NCBI GenBank assembly: GCA_964016885.1
Contig: OZ024740.1
Span: forward strand, 417,384,001 to 417,448,000
Source of the DNA: Eledone cirrhosa
Lineage: Eukaryota
DNA: 64,000 nt
Direction of reading: 5' to 3'
The notes beneath the pieces are model-generated. The model saw only the letters and a list, made by a program, of their open reading frames with translations. It ran no database searches and was not told the DNA's origin. Positions 40,478-55,364 of this stretch are shown here, piece after piece. Position numbers and translations under genes: made by a program. Positions within the stretch are counted from its first letter, which is position 1. Every line of letters starts with the position of its first letter.

Positions 40478-41774
40478 AAAATGGAACGGGAACAAAACAG
40501 AGAGGCAGTACAAACAAAGGTTTATTAGTTTCACGCTCTTGAGAGTGTGTGTGGGGGTTCGGGCATAAGCCCTTCTTCGGGCGAAAAGTGTATGGGAAGA
40601 GTGTTACGAGGGTGTGTAGGGGAGTGGAGGAGGGATATTTAGAAAACGGAGGGGGGAACGGTGGAAGGGGTACAAATAAAAATAAAAAAAATAAAAATAA
40701 AAATAAACATGAAGATAAACAAGTGGTGGAAGGATGTGGGGCGTGTAGGGGTGGTGGCGGGTGGAGTGGGGAAAGGGAGGCGGGGTGTCCGAGCGGGTAG
40801 GGCTGAAGGTGGTGTATGTGTGTAGGTGTACGTGTGTGTGTGTGTGTATGTAAATGTGAGAGTTGGGGGAAGAACGAGATTCCATGTTCAGGAAAAGGTG
40901 TGTGTGGGGTGGATATATATGTATGTATATATATATATATCTGTTACTTACCTATCTTACTTTCTCAAGTCAACTAATGAGCTTCTACGCGGTCACTGGA
41001 CCTGCTAGAGAGAGCAGCCAGATCACTCTTAACCAACTCCCAAAGAAGACGTTGTGTTCTATGGACATAAGAAAAAGGCGAGATGGTCACAGTTGGAATA
41101 TTTAGATCATAGATCAGCTTGACTGGTTGATCTTGTGCTAACCAACCAAAACAACAACTCTATATTCTCACACAAATAGCTAGAAATAGCAGCCAAATCT
41201 CCCTCAAGGAACACCCTACCGTTTTAAAACCAGGAGTTAATATAATCCTGAGCCAAATGTATCTTTAAAATAAAACAGAAAGTGTAGTCACGGTTGGAAT
41301 GTCTTTATCTCTGCTTGATCAGAAATAGCAGCGAAACCCACTTGAAATCACAAACTACCATTTTAAAAAAAAGAGAGAGGATACAATGGATGATGTGGTC
41401 TTAGATATACTATGTCTGAAAAACAAAGGCGTGATTGTCACGGCTGGAATGCGTTTTTATCGTATTTCTGCTTGATTAGGTCTGACCTGAGGCTAAATCT
41501 AAACTATCATAAAGTAAGGAGTGCGGGACTGCGTACGGTTTAAATTTTTTATCCCATTAATAAAATAAGTTGGATTACTTTGAATAAATAACGAATGAAT
41601 ATTACATAATTTATCTACTAAATTCCGTGGCTGTTCATTAAATTTATTTTATTACTTATTTAAAGATTCACTTCTTTAAAATTTTCAAATGTTAACACTT
41701 CCGGTTAGCGATCGCTTACATAAACATTCATATATTTCCGTCACTAATTTTCTCCTAATGCAGTTTATATATAA

Positions 41775-42901
41775 CTAGCAGAGGTACCCGGCGTTGCTCG
41801 GATATTAAATAGCAATTGTGTATACCATTTATGTCAATACTTCAGTGCTGCTTCGAAAACTATACTTTTACAAAATCACCGGCTTTTTCCAAAAGGGGGT
41901 TCCTGCCCCCAGGGGTCCCCTATCCAATATGTGCGAATTCTGAGAGTTCACATTCATCTGTAGGACAAACGTAGCCCATGTGTCAAGTTTTGTGAAAATC
42001 GGTTAAGAACTCCAGAAGTTATGACGTTTTGTTGCATTGCACTGCAGTGCTTCAGTCGACTCCAAGGAAGCGGTTAAAGTGGTTAAAGGGGTTATCTGTC
42101 GGGGGGCCCTATAATCAATATCTGGAAAATAGACAGTGCCCATGACCATCCGGAGTACATAAGTAACCTATGTCTTAAGTTTGGTGAAAATAATGTAGAA
42201 ATGCATAAGGTTTATACATACGCGCGTGCGTTCGTGTGTGTGTGTGTGTGTGTGTGTGTTCCCGTGCGTGTGTGTGTGTGTGTGTGCGTGTGTGCGTGTG
42301 TGCGTGTGTATGCATTTGTGTGTGCGTATGTATGTGTATGTCCGTCGGGGCATACGTATGTACTGGCCTAAATCTTCACTATTTACTTTTACTATTTTAA
42401 TAACCGCTGTCATTTTCGTTTTCAATTTTATTTACATCATTCTTAAACTCCGGGGCTGGAAATCATTCTGTTATTTTAAATAGAATATATATTAGTCTAA
42501 CGACTCCATTTATACCATAAACTTGGTCTTGTCTTTGCATGAAATTGTTCTTCTCGATCCACATAACGACGTATTATCCTCGCCTTTTTCCCGTTCATTG
42601 CCAGGGAACGTCTTCACGAACCAAAATATCGTCTTCTTGTTTTCGTTCGGTTGCAACGTTTCTCGAAATAATTACTTCTGCGTTCACAGATTACTCTCAG
42701 TTCAATTTGAATGGGAAATTCCTGTTTCATCGATTTTCTCCGTAACCATGGAAGATTGTAGCTTGAAAGTCGACCCAACGCCTCCTCGGGTCATTCTGCA
42801 TAACTGTGTAAATTTTCGCTGCATTCCACCAAGCCGTTTCGACGTTTATCTGACTACACCTACATATACAACGTCCGACCATTTCCAATTTATATAGTAG
42901 A
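41775..42901 (-). mobile_element. Non-autonomous Helitron
   Basis: Minus strand A|TCTACTATA ... CCGAGCAACGCCGG hairpin ... CTAG|T, the canonical TC/CTRR ends in an A|T target. Confidence 0.75.
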
Positions 42902-43010
42902 TTTGTTTATATATGAATGACAAAAAGAAAAGTACAAAACTATACATGAATTGTTTCTACTAAACCTTCAATTTAAGACACAACCTACATATTTGATAGG
43001 ACTCCAGCTC

Positions 43011-43041
<31 letters not shown>

Positions 43042-44257
43042 CTTCTTCTTCTTCTTCTTTTGCACCCCCTGGAACATTGGGCTGCGAGCCACTCCCACAC
43101 AACGCCATGTTCTGAGTCTGCTTTTCAACTCCACCGTGATACACGGTGCATCATGGTGTATCTAACCATTTTTTTAGGTCTTACTACGGCTGATTTCTTC
43201 CAGAGAGAAAGAAAGAGATGGAAAAATGCAGAGAAGATTCATCCCCGGAGGAATAATAAAAAATGTTTACACTGCACAGTTCATTTTTCCAAAGCTAAAG
43301 CTGCCGATCCAAAATCAGTAATTCAACTCCCTGAAAACTTTCAAATATATGCTGTTCTAGCATGAATATTATGCTAAGGATAAACTGTCCACAAAGTAAG
43401 ATTTACTTGCATATCCCCGCTCATATAAACACATAAATACATGCATACATACATTACAGTTGATTTTTTTTTTTATTAAAGCGTTTTCATATTATATATA
43501 TATATATAGTGACGAAACATAAGTCAATTGCATGAACTCATAATCCTTTATTTACTGCTTTATTTGTATGAAATTGTAAATAAGACAAAAGTATTAGAAT
43601 AGGGGGGAATAACTCACCGAACACGATATTTTTGGGGCCCCAGGGACCACATTTTTCAAGTTAGAGATTTGAAACCTCGTCTATTTGCTTCCTTGGCACT
43701 TTTTACATAGGTGTGTAAATTTTCATGTCAGTCCGACCACGTCTACTACCATTTAACCGTGCACATCTGAATTTCAACCACCACCCATTTCACAAGTATA
43801 TATTAGATATTGTGTTTTTTTAATGTATCATGGATTACGTTACTGATTACATAAGAGAGTGTAACGCAGTCTTCGTTCAATTTCTGTTATATTGTCAATT
43901 ACGATTTTATTTGATGTATCATATCTACATGCGTATATACTTGCGTATAATATCAATATGCACACTACACATGTTAGATTTAAAGGTGCCCTAGAAATGT
44001 CGTATGTCAATATGGCACCCCTACGACTCCAGGAGTTACGGGACCATGTATGGATATGAAGACAATTGAAACCTTAGTTACTAAAATAAATCCGAAACAT
44101 GATAACGGCACTTGATGATGATTTAAACGTCTCGATAGGTTTCTTTCTGGTGTCCAATTTATAACAATCAGTGTAGAGCAACGTTTGAGTAAGCCAAGCA
44201 TATATATATATATATGAGGGTGTTAAAGTTTGCTTGAAGCATTGTGAAATGTGTAAA

Positions 44258-44792
44258 ATACGTAGTTAAGAAAGCCACAACAATGCAGAGGGAAATCTCG
44301 AGGTAGGAAGTGAAAGATAGATAGGAAAAACAGGTGAAAGTGAAAATTGAGAGAGACAAAGATGAAAACAAAACAAAGGTAGAAGGGTTACCGTAGTAGA
44401 GATTTAATCCCAATATTTCGGGCTCACGCCCATCAACGGGGGAAAGTTCCAAAGGGGGGGGGGGGGACAGGCCAAGCGGAGAAAGTTGTGATATCGTTAA
44501 GACAGGAATGTCGTTTAAATTTTAAATAATTTTCTCCCCATAACGGCATTCCTGTCTTAACGACATCACAACTTTCTCCGCTTGGCCTGTTCCCCCCCTT
44601 TTGGAACTTTCCCCCGTTGATGGGCGTGAGCCCGAAATATTGGGATTAAATCTCTACTACGGTAACCCTTCTACCTTTGTTTTGTTTTCATCTTTGTCTC
44701 TCTCAATTTTCACTTTCACCTGTTTTTCCTATCTATCTTTCACTTCCTACCTCGAGATTTCCCTCTGCATTGTTGTGGCTTTCTTAACTACG

Positions 44793-44795
<3 letters not shown>
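44258..44795. repeat. Fold-back element, ~255-bp arms (44258-44515 / 44542-44795), with HHR-like variant
   Basis: Identical ORF-track peptides on both strands; tccc CCGTTGA t-gggc-gtga-gccc GAAA ta TT ggga at 44610-44645. Confidence 0.85.
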
Positions 44796-44825
<30 letters not shown>

Positions 44826-44882
44826 ATGGTCTGGAATTTTCTGTCGAAACGGCAAGAGCTCAGCCGTCGGGTTCCGACTCTC

Positions 44883-44970
<88 letters not shown>

Positions 44971-45256
44971 CCAATTAAAAGATATATGTATTTATATAGA
45001 GAGAGAAATAAGCATATATCTCATGAGAGTACACAAAATATTGCATATATATATATGAAGCACAAATTTCGAAGAAAAGTATGTTCTCAAGATTTCCACC
45101 TTGGTATGAGTCTAATTACCCTTACCAGGTACCAAATGACCATACTTAGATTATAATTTGAATTATTATAGCCCAGGATAAACGTCCATTGAGCTTTTTT
45201 ATCCAGAAACACACAAATCAAGCATAGTAGATATGTTTTGATACCTTAAATTTGTT

Positions 45257-45295
<39 letters not shown>

Positions 45296-45518
45296 GGAGG
45301 GGGGCTTAAAGCGCCCGTATGCGATAGGCAGTTTGAGCACTCGCTGGTCTTACAGAACATAGTATAATATCACATAAGAAACGGAGAATCAGTGGTGCGA
45401 TGAATTCAGTCAGGTTCGATCATCGCATCGATCGTGCCTCGAGCTGGTCGCCAGAGAAACGATTGTAATATGTCTAATAAATTTTAATTCGTCGCACCAC
45501 TGATTCTCTGTTTCTTAT

Positions 45519-45555
<37 letters not shown>

Positions 45556-46317
45556 GAAAAAAGATGAAATTGAAAATGCAACTGGAGTCTTTTTTTTTTT
45601 TATATATATTTATTTGGTTCCTTTACCGGTTTCGCAGTTCTTCTGCTTTTCAAAAGTAGAGTTGAGATGGGGGGTCTGTGGTTTTTCTCACATCTGGTTT
45701 GTCTTTGAATATTACTTCTGTTTTATATGGAAAAAAGTGGCACGAAATGCCAGGTTTTTAGAGAAGTAATTTGGTTGGTTGGTGAATAAGTATAAATTTC
45801 GTGCCAGTTCGCGTTACAAAGTTCTTCAAACAAGGGGAGTGAAGCTCAGGTTGTTTTTTCATATATTGGTGAAGTTTGGTTGGTTGATGCAGTCACGTGA
45901 ATAAGCACATCAGCTTTCGCGCTAGTTTGTGTTTGAATTTCTTTTTACTTAAAAAAAAGCCTTCGTGAGCCACTTTTTTTTATAAATGTAATTTGATTGG
46001 TTATAAATGAAATTATGACTGTCATATTGATTATTACTCAACACAGAAAGTCCAATGAACATTAAACTGATAGCAGAATTTTTTACAAATTCAAGGGATT
46101 CATCAAAAAGTCTTTTTCATATATCAAGTTGAGAAAGAAAAACTAGAATTATGTACATATATATATTATGTACCCCCCCCCCCCCACACACACACAACAC
46201 ACACACATATATATATACATACATACATATCTACACATATGTATATAGATATACGATGTATATATATATAAACAATGAGTTTAATTTATAACAGATTAGA
46301 AGCATATATATATATAT

Positions 46318-47425
<1,108 letters not shown>

Positions 47426-47431
47426 ATATAT

Positions 47432-47802
47432 ATCTATCTATCTAGGACGGATAAAATTCCCAAGATCCATGGACGAGTTCTCTCCAGCGGTCTCTGTCCC
47501 TCATTATCGTTGCCATGTCCTGCGTCTCCAACAGACCAGTGTCTGTCCTTAGGGCATCAACATATGTTAACCTTTGCCTTCCTCTTCCAGTGTGTCCATG
47601 TAGGGGCTCCCACAGGAACACTGAGTGCCAATGTCAACTCTGGGTGTCGGTGAGCATGTCCAGCTAACCTCAGTCTCCTCTGTGTCACTTTTGAGCTGAC
47701 TTTTGGGAGGCTCCCAAACAGCTCTGAGTTTTTCATCCTCAGTGTATACTGATTAATGTTCAGAGCCATCCTCAGCATTCTCGTGTAGCACCCATCCACC
47801 AT
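47432..47802 (-). pseudogene. LINE ORF2 C-terminal fragment (RTE/RTEX-like) with (TAGA)n tail
   Basis: DGCYTRMLRMALNI..NSELFG..RRLRLAGHAHRH, then ..DRDRWRELV in another frame. Confidence 0.75.
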
Positions 47803-47997
47803 ATATATATAGGAAAAAGTATGACCCCGACGGCAGAGCTCAAGCGGTTTCGACGGCTATTTCTAATCAGAAATAGCCGTCGAAACGGCTTGAGCTCTGC
47901 CGTCGGGGTCATAATTTTCCTATTTCCCACTCTACTACCCTAAGTATTGAGTACTCTGGTGCGTTATGGTCCATCTGGTTCCTTACCACAATTCCTT

Positions 47998-48065
<68 letters not shown>

Positions 48066-48630
48066 AGAAGAAAGAAGAATACTGCGTGGTTGCACATGGG
48101 TTACATATGATAAAAATAGTCCTTCGTCAGTGATATTCCAACCACCATTGGTATTTCATCGCATTAAAAATCAGATACCTCAGGTTGGTGCGAGCAATAA
48201 CTAAAAAAAGTTATTGGGACCAGAATTCGCGTAAGGCGAGGGGGACAAGTAAACAACATAGAAGGACGAGAGAGAGAGAGGGGGGGGGGGGATAATAAAT
48301 GTACTCACTTAGATTAGAAGTTATCATAGAAATCCAGAATACAATGTATATAATCGATATTAAAGATTGGTATCAATCACCAATTATCGATTTTTGTAAT
48401 AAACATCATCAGAACCACAGATAATGTCCAGTCGTCAGTGAGAGCATCGGGTATTTTCTATATAAATCTCACATTGAACATAAACTAGCAATCTGTCCAT
48501 GACGCTCAAAGTAAAAGCACATGGTGTCAGAAGGGAAGATATTTTACAGGACTGGTCATAAATAGTGCTAAAGATAGCAGCCAAAACTACTATACATATT
48601 AAAAATATATATATACTATAATTAGGTTTA

Positions 48631-48687
<57 letters not shown>

Positions 48688-48739
48688 TATATATACACAC
48701 ACACACATATATATATACACATATATATATACTTTATAC

Positions 48740-48799
<60 letters not shown>

Positions 48800-48990
48800 C
48801 AGATAGAGTTTGGTAAAAAAAAACCAATGTGACCATAACCCACCAGAGTACTCAATAAAATTTTAAAATTTATATTAGTAGAGCTGGCTTTAGGTTCTAA
48901 TAGTGACTACTTTGATAACTTTGATAACTTAAGGACAAACAAACAAATGCAGGAGTCAATGGTATATATATATATACATATATATATATA

Positions 48991-51366
48991 TGGAAAGTAT
49001 GGCTGGATGGGGGAAGTAGAGAACACTATCAAGTGGCCAGGAGAGAAGCTAGGAGACAAGTGTACTTTGCAAGAAGGGAAGCAGAGGAAAGAAAGTTCAA
49101 GCATGTTCTACAACGCAAGGACCAAAAACGTGAGGTGTTCAGGATTGCAAGACAATGTGTCAAGGAAAACCGTGATATTGTCGGGGAGAAGTGTGTCCGT
49201 AATGATGATGGTGTACTTGCCATCACTGATGCTGATAAGAAGGTAGCTTGGAAGTGTCACTACGAGAGACTACTAAATGAGGAGAATAAATGGGAAAAAG
49301 ATAGTCTGGCCCAAATCGATCCAATAGAAGGACCAGCGGTGCAATTTAAACATAGTATAATAAGTAAGGTAATCAAAGATATGAAGACAGGCAAGGCAGC
49401 TGGGCCTTCGGGGATAGTTGCTGAGATGTTGAAAGCATCTGGAATGGTCACCCTAATAGTAAACCAAGTAATACAGAATGGGGTCATACCAAATGACTGG
49501 CGTAGCAGCATCATCATTAACTGCTACAAGGGTAAAGGAGACTATAGAAGCATTAATTTAGTTGACCAGGTCATGAAGGTCACAGAAAGAGTTATAGCGC
49601 AACTAATCAGAGAGTGAATTGATCTAGATGAAATGCAGTTCGGGTTTGTGTCAGGTAAAAGTACCACAGACGTTCTTTTCCTTGTACGACAACTACAGGA
49701 GAAGTACCTAGCTAAAAGTAAACTTCTCTACTTAGCTTTTGTTGATTTGGAGAAAGCCTTTGACAGAGTCCCCCGCTCCATTATCTGGTGGGCGCTTAGA
49801 AAACTAGGTGTTGATGAATGGCTTGTGAGAGCTATACAAGCCATGTATAAAGAAACAGTCAGCAAGGTTAGAATTAACAATGAATATAGTGACGAATTTA
49901 GCGTAAAAGTTGGTGTTCATCAAGGCTCTGTCCTTATCCCCTTCCTATTTATTATTGCCCTTCAGGCTATAACAGAGGAGTTCAAGACCGGCTGCCCATG
50001 GGAACTTCTATACGCAGATGATCTAACTCTCATAGCTGAATCAATGGCTGAACTAGAGAAGAAATTCCAAACATGGAAGCATGGCCTAGAATCAAAAGGC
50101 CTTAAAGTTAACTTTTCTAAGACTAAAGTTCTAGTATGTAGAAAGGAAAATAGGGCGCAGGTGCCCTCTGGGAAATGGCCATGCTCAGTGTGTAGGAAAG
50201 GAGTAGGCAGAAATTCCATTTTATGTCCCAAATGCAAACTATGGGTACAGAAAAGATGTAGTGGGACCACAGGCAAGCTATCTATGGACGTAGATTTTAT
50301 ATGTAGCCGATGCTCAGGTGTAATAAGTAGCAAGTGCCCATAGGATACTAGCTCCTTCTATTGCCCAGATGGTTCTATAGAAATAGTGGACACTGGGTGA
50401 CAAAATCAGCAGTGGTGGAGGGTGCTCTGAAAGTACAGTAGCCAGAGTCAGAACGGGATGGAAAAAGTTCAGAGAGCTTATACCACTGTTGGCCACAAAA
50501 GGTTTCTCTCTAAGAATGAAAGACAGACTGTATGATGCTTGGAAACGAACATCAATGTCACATGGCAGTGAGACATGGGCATTGTGTGCAGAGGACATGC
50601 GCAGACTGGAGAGGAACGAAGCATGCATGCCCCGTTGGATGTGAAATACGTGAACGGCAAAACATAAATGAACTAAGCGAGAAATTAGGAATAAGAGGGA
50701 TCAGATGCTGTTTACTCGAGAGAAGACTACGTTGGTATGGTCACGTGATGCGCATGAAAGACGACAGCTGCATAAAAAAGTGCAGGGCGATCAAAATTGA
50801 TGGAAGTTACGGAGTAGGTAGACCCAGAAAAACCTGGGAAGATTTGATAAATTCCGACCTTACGCACTTACACCTCTCCAAGACAATGTCACTGGACCGA
50901 GATCTTTGGCGCCACGCAGTAATACAGAAGACCCACCTTGCCTATGTACAAAGCGAAACCTACAGTCAGTAGGCACCTCTTAACCAAATATACACCCCAT
51001 CCCACTACCACTACTCCCTCCCCCATCAACACCACCCCTTTCTCTGTAAAGTTATATTGGTACCACAACATCCAGTCCAAAATAAATGAGGTCTTGTAGG
51101 TGTCACGACGAAAAAACAAACAAAAAAAAACACAGTCCACGCTGTAATGTGGCCGTGTAGGTAACACGGTAAAAACCTCCCAGTCCACACTGTAAATGTG
51201 GTTGGTCTTAGGAAGGGCATCCAGCCATAGAAAACTTGCCAGATAGTCCTATACGAGCGAGACACGGTCACCCAACCAATCTTGCCTCAAGTGGGACAAT
51301 TCTCGTCTAAAGCCATGCTAGCGTGGAAGATAGACATTAAACGATGATGATGATGATGATGATGAT
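48991..51366 (+). pseudogene. 5'-truncated RTE-clade LINE (ORF2 reverse transcriptase) with (GAT)n tail
   Basis: MKTGKAAGPSGI, MQFGF, LAFVDLEKAFDRVPR, GVHQGSVL, LLYADDL, RRLRWYGHVMR, GRPRKTW; stops and frameshifts; ends TTAAACGATGATGAT. Confidence 0.9.
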
Positions 51367-51563
51367 ACATATATCAGACCTGTCAACTCTTGACGGGGAG
51401 ATTTCCCACCCACTTTGGATTGGGTGAGAGATGTCTTCTCTTGTGAAAATGGGTTTAGTTTTCATTATGTAAAATTTCCCCATTTTGTCTCATTTCTCCC
51501 TGTTTTGGGATACTTTTTTTTCATGGTACTCCCTGTTTGGGTTTTTAGAGGTTGGCAGGTTTG

Positions 51564-51638
<75 letters not shown>

Positions 51639-51641
51639 TGA

Positions 51642-51677
<36 letters not shown>

Positions 51678-51777
51678 TCAAACAATAGGAGGTGCGGAAC
51701 ATATACTAAACAAAACATGAAGTGCATGAAGCGGGGTTTTAGCTTCGCTAATATTTATGATGGTTTGAAGCAGAATG

Positions 51778-52100
51778 ACATCATCATCATCATCATCATC
51801 ACCATCCTCATCATCATCACCATCATCGTCGTCATCATCATCATCGTTTAACGTCAGTTTTCCCTGCTTGCAATGGTGAAGGTGGGCCGTCACAGATCAA
51901 ATCAGTACTCAAGCAGAGCTACTGACCTTTCAGATGAGCCATGGCTGGCATCGTATTTGTGTTCCTGCACTCTACCGAGTCCTCGGTCAGGCTGGGAGCC
52001 TGCATTATTCCTAAAAACGCTCCCACGCTCTACCGAGTGCATTTTCTCGTAGTACCAGCATTAGGGAGGTTGTCGTGTCTTTGACACATCTGAAAGGTCA
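51778..52100 (-). mobile_element. RTE-type LINE/SINE 3' end
   Basis: (CAT)n then CGTTTAACGTC, the reverse complement of the 51335-51366 terminus; also at 18418-18460. Confidence 0.6.
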
Positions 52101-52282
52101 TCCCGACTCTATACATATAAAATTCATATATGACAGCTTGATAGTGTGTGGTCCATATTCGGTTTGCTGAATTTGAAGGATGGGTCGCGATTTAGTTTGG
52201 TAGAAATCATGAGTGTAGGTTTGAGTTTGGTTTAGAGTGTCTGCTGAATGTTTGTGGACTTGTGGACAGATTGGAGCAATAA

Positions 52283-52487
<205 letters not shown>

Positions 52488-52671
52488 GATAACGGCGATG
52501 AATTAGTTTTGCGAGGTTTTTGGTAACATTGAGGACCGAATAAATTAAATTAACCGATATAAAAAACACAGAAGTGAAAACCAACCAAACAGTGAGTGTG
52601 TTCTGTTATTAATTCTGGCAATATTATTACACAAATATGACCCTCCCCAAGTATAACAATATATATATAAT

Positions 52672-52757
<86 letters not shown>

Positions 52758-53088
52758 ATATTGAGAAACACACAGATACATGCGGACACACACATATACA
52801 TGAATATATCCATATCCATCCTTGAGTTAATGGTGCCAACCTTAACCGATGTTGCTCTATGAATAACTGGGACAAACCAATCCGAATGGATTAGACTGAA
52901 CCAGTATCAGAGCTAAAAGTACATTATGAAGAGAGAAGAAACATTTAGATATAATTAATAATAAGATGTATCATACCTAAACTGCTTCTAGGAATCAAGT
53001 AATTCCGTCGGAAAGGTCCAGGAAAAAAGAGTGCTCTATGTAGGTTACAGAGCTTAATAGTCATGTAATAAACAACATAAGGTAATTA

Positions 53089-53149
53089 TTTCATTTACCA
53101 GTGGTTTCTTGAAAGCCAACAAATGTTGCTTTCAATCCTCAGAATGAAA
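53089..53149 (-). ncRNA. Hammerhead ribozyme (family K), left arm
   Basis: Reverse complement: tttcatt CTGAGGA ttgaaagcaac..gttggctttcaa GAAA cca-c-tgg TA aatgaaa. Confidence 0.8.
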
Positions 53150-53214
53150 AAATCCTGGTGTATTTATTGACATTGGATTTGAAAAACCAATGTCAATAAA
53201 TACACCAGGATTTT

Positions 53215-53275
53215 TTTCATTCTGATGATTGAAAGCAAAATTTGTTTGCTTTCAAGAAACCACTGGTAAATGAAA
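53215..53275 (+). ncRNA. Hammerhead ribozyme (family K), right arm
   Basis: tttcatt CTGATGA ttgaaagcaa..ttgctttcaa GAAA cca-c-tgg TA aatgaaa. Confidence 0.85.
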
Positions 53276-53403
53276 TAATTGTTTTATGTTGTTTATTACA
53301 TAACTATATATATATATATTAATAATAATAAAATTGAAGACTAAAATCCAGAGAGGGCTCGATAAGGAAAATATATATCAAATATATAAGAACCGAAGAG
53401 CAA

Positions 53404-54460
53404 ATATTTATTAAATAACAGATTACAGTTTAAGCAAAGAATCGCTGCTTTCACCCTTAACGGGATCTTCTGAAACTAACAAAGTCAATCTGTAAACGCA
53501 GAACTGGATATTTCAAAAAACGTTGCAACCGGAGGAAGACAGGAAGACGATACTTTGGTTCATGGTGACGTTCGCTGGCAAAGAACGGGAAAAAACGAAT
53601 AATACGTCATTAATAGGAGCGGTGAAAAACAATTACGTGCAAGGACAGAACCACGTTTATGGTATAAAAGAGGTCGTAGACTAATGTTCTCTAAGTGGTG
53701 CATAGAGACGTTCTCTGGCAATGAACGAAAAAACGAAGATAGTACGTCATATGTGGAGCGTGGAGAACAATGTAGGTATGTGTGTGCGCTTGTTATATAC
53801 GTATTTATTTACTTATATACGTTTATATAATTATTTATTTATTTGTACACAAGCATACACACATACACATATTTATATGTGCGTGGTTTTGTATACCTAT
53901 GGTAAGGTTATGCGTATGCTTGTGTATGTACGTATCTGTTTGCGTGTATGTATTTATTTGTTCCTATTACTTCTGTATTGTATTTATTTGCTTTGTTCTT
54001 AACTCGGTAGCGGAGATTCATTCGGTCTCCTAGTTAGAATTTTAGTCTACGACTTCTGCTATACCATTTACGTGGTTTTGTCTTTGCACGCTATTGTTCT
54101 CCACGCTCCACATATGACGTACTATCTTCGTTTTTTCGTTCATTGCCAGAGAACGTCTCTATGCACCACTTAGAGAACATTAGTCTACGACCTCTTTTAT
54201 ACCATAAACGTGGTTCTGTCCTTGCACGTAATTGTTTTTCACCGCTCCTATTAATGACGTATTATTCGTTTTTTCCCGTTCTTTGCCAGCGAACGTCACC
54301 ATGAACCAAAGTATCGTCTTCCTGTCTTCCTCCGGTTGCAACGTTTTTTGAAATATCCAGTTCTGCGTTTACAGATTGACTTTGTTAGTTTCAGAAGATC
54401 CCGTTAAGGGTGAAAGCAGCGATTCTTTGCTTAAACTTTAATCTGTTATTTAATAAATAT
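53404..54460. mobile_element. Fold-back element family C (arms ~53404-53770 / ~54094-54460), variant HHRs at 53427-53477 (-) and 54387-54437 (+)
   Basis: Near-perfect inverted arms; the right arm ends in (TA)n; fragments at 12345-12510 and 54500-54600. Confidence 0.85.
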
Positions 54461-54748
54461 ATATATATTATATATATATATATATATAATATATATTTAA
54501 AAGTATCGTCTTCCTGTCTTCCTTCGGTTGCAACGTTTTTTGAAATATTTACTTCTGCGTTCACAGATTGACGTTTTTAGTTTCAGAAGATCCCGTTAAG
54601 GTATTGTTTTATATGAAAACAATACCTTAACACTTCACAAAAAGTAAAATATTTCCTTTTAATAATTTTCTAACCCAGAAAAAAGAGAGAAAAAACTAAA
54701 AAGGAAAAAAATATATTTTCTTCCTAATAATCGTCTTTTTCTCCCTGT

Positions 54749-54799
<51 letters not shown>

Positions 54800-54979
54800 A
54801 AGGTTCAGGACGCCGACGGCAAAGCTCAAGCCGTTTCGACGGCTATTTCTGGACGTCGAAACGGCTTGAGCTCTGCCGTCGGGGTCCTGAACGTTTCTAT
54901 TACCCACTCTACTACCTATAATATCGAGTACTCTGGTGCGTTATGGTCCACATGGTTCCTTACCACACTTCCTTCATAA

Positions 54980-55087
<108 letters not shown>

Positions 55088-55364
55088 AAAAATATGTTTT
55101 GAAACAGTGAGCAGGTTTGAAATTAGAAAATAGAATAGCGTTTACCGTATTTTTTTACTAAAGAAATTTTAGTCTGATAATGGGGTTTAGAACCCTCAGA
55201 TAAATGGAAAAAGATGAGTATTGACGTACATGGGAGTCGAACCCACATTTTTGGTTATCCAAACCTTTGGTTATCAAACCTGCTCACTGTTTCAAAACAT
55301 AGTTTTACTTGTCATTTGTACTCGCTAAGAATGTAGCTTCTAATTTGAATGGAAAGAGATGGTT

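Noticed and set aside
45450-45475. CCAGAGAAAC resembling hairpin-ribozyme loop B (also 29970)
   Set aside because: The partner strand GUAUAUUAC is absent; better explained as GAAA-cgattg-TA of a degenerate hammerhead
45620-45657. Additional HHR-like folds (here TTGAAAA core; also ~55739-55780, 32017-32052, 40555-40585)
   Set aside because: Core nucleotides are mutated in single copies; treated as decayed, not functional
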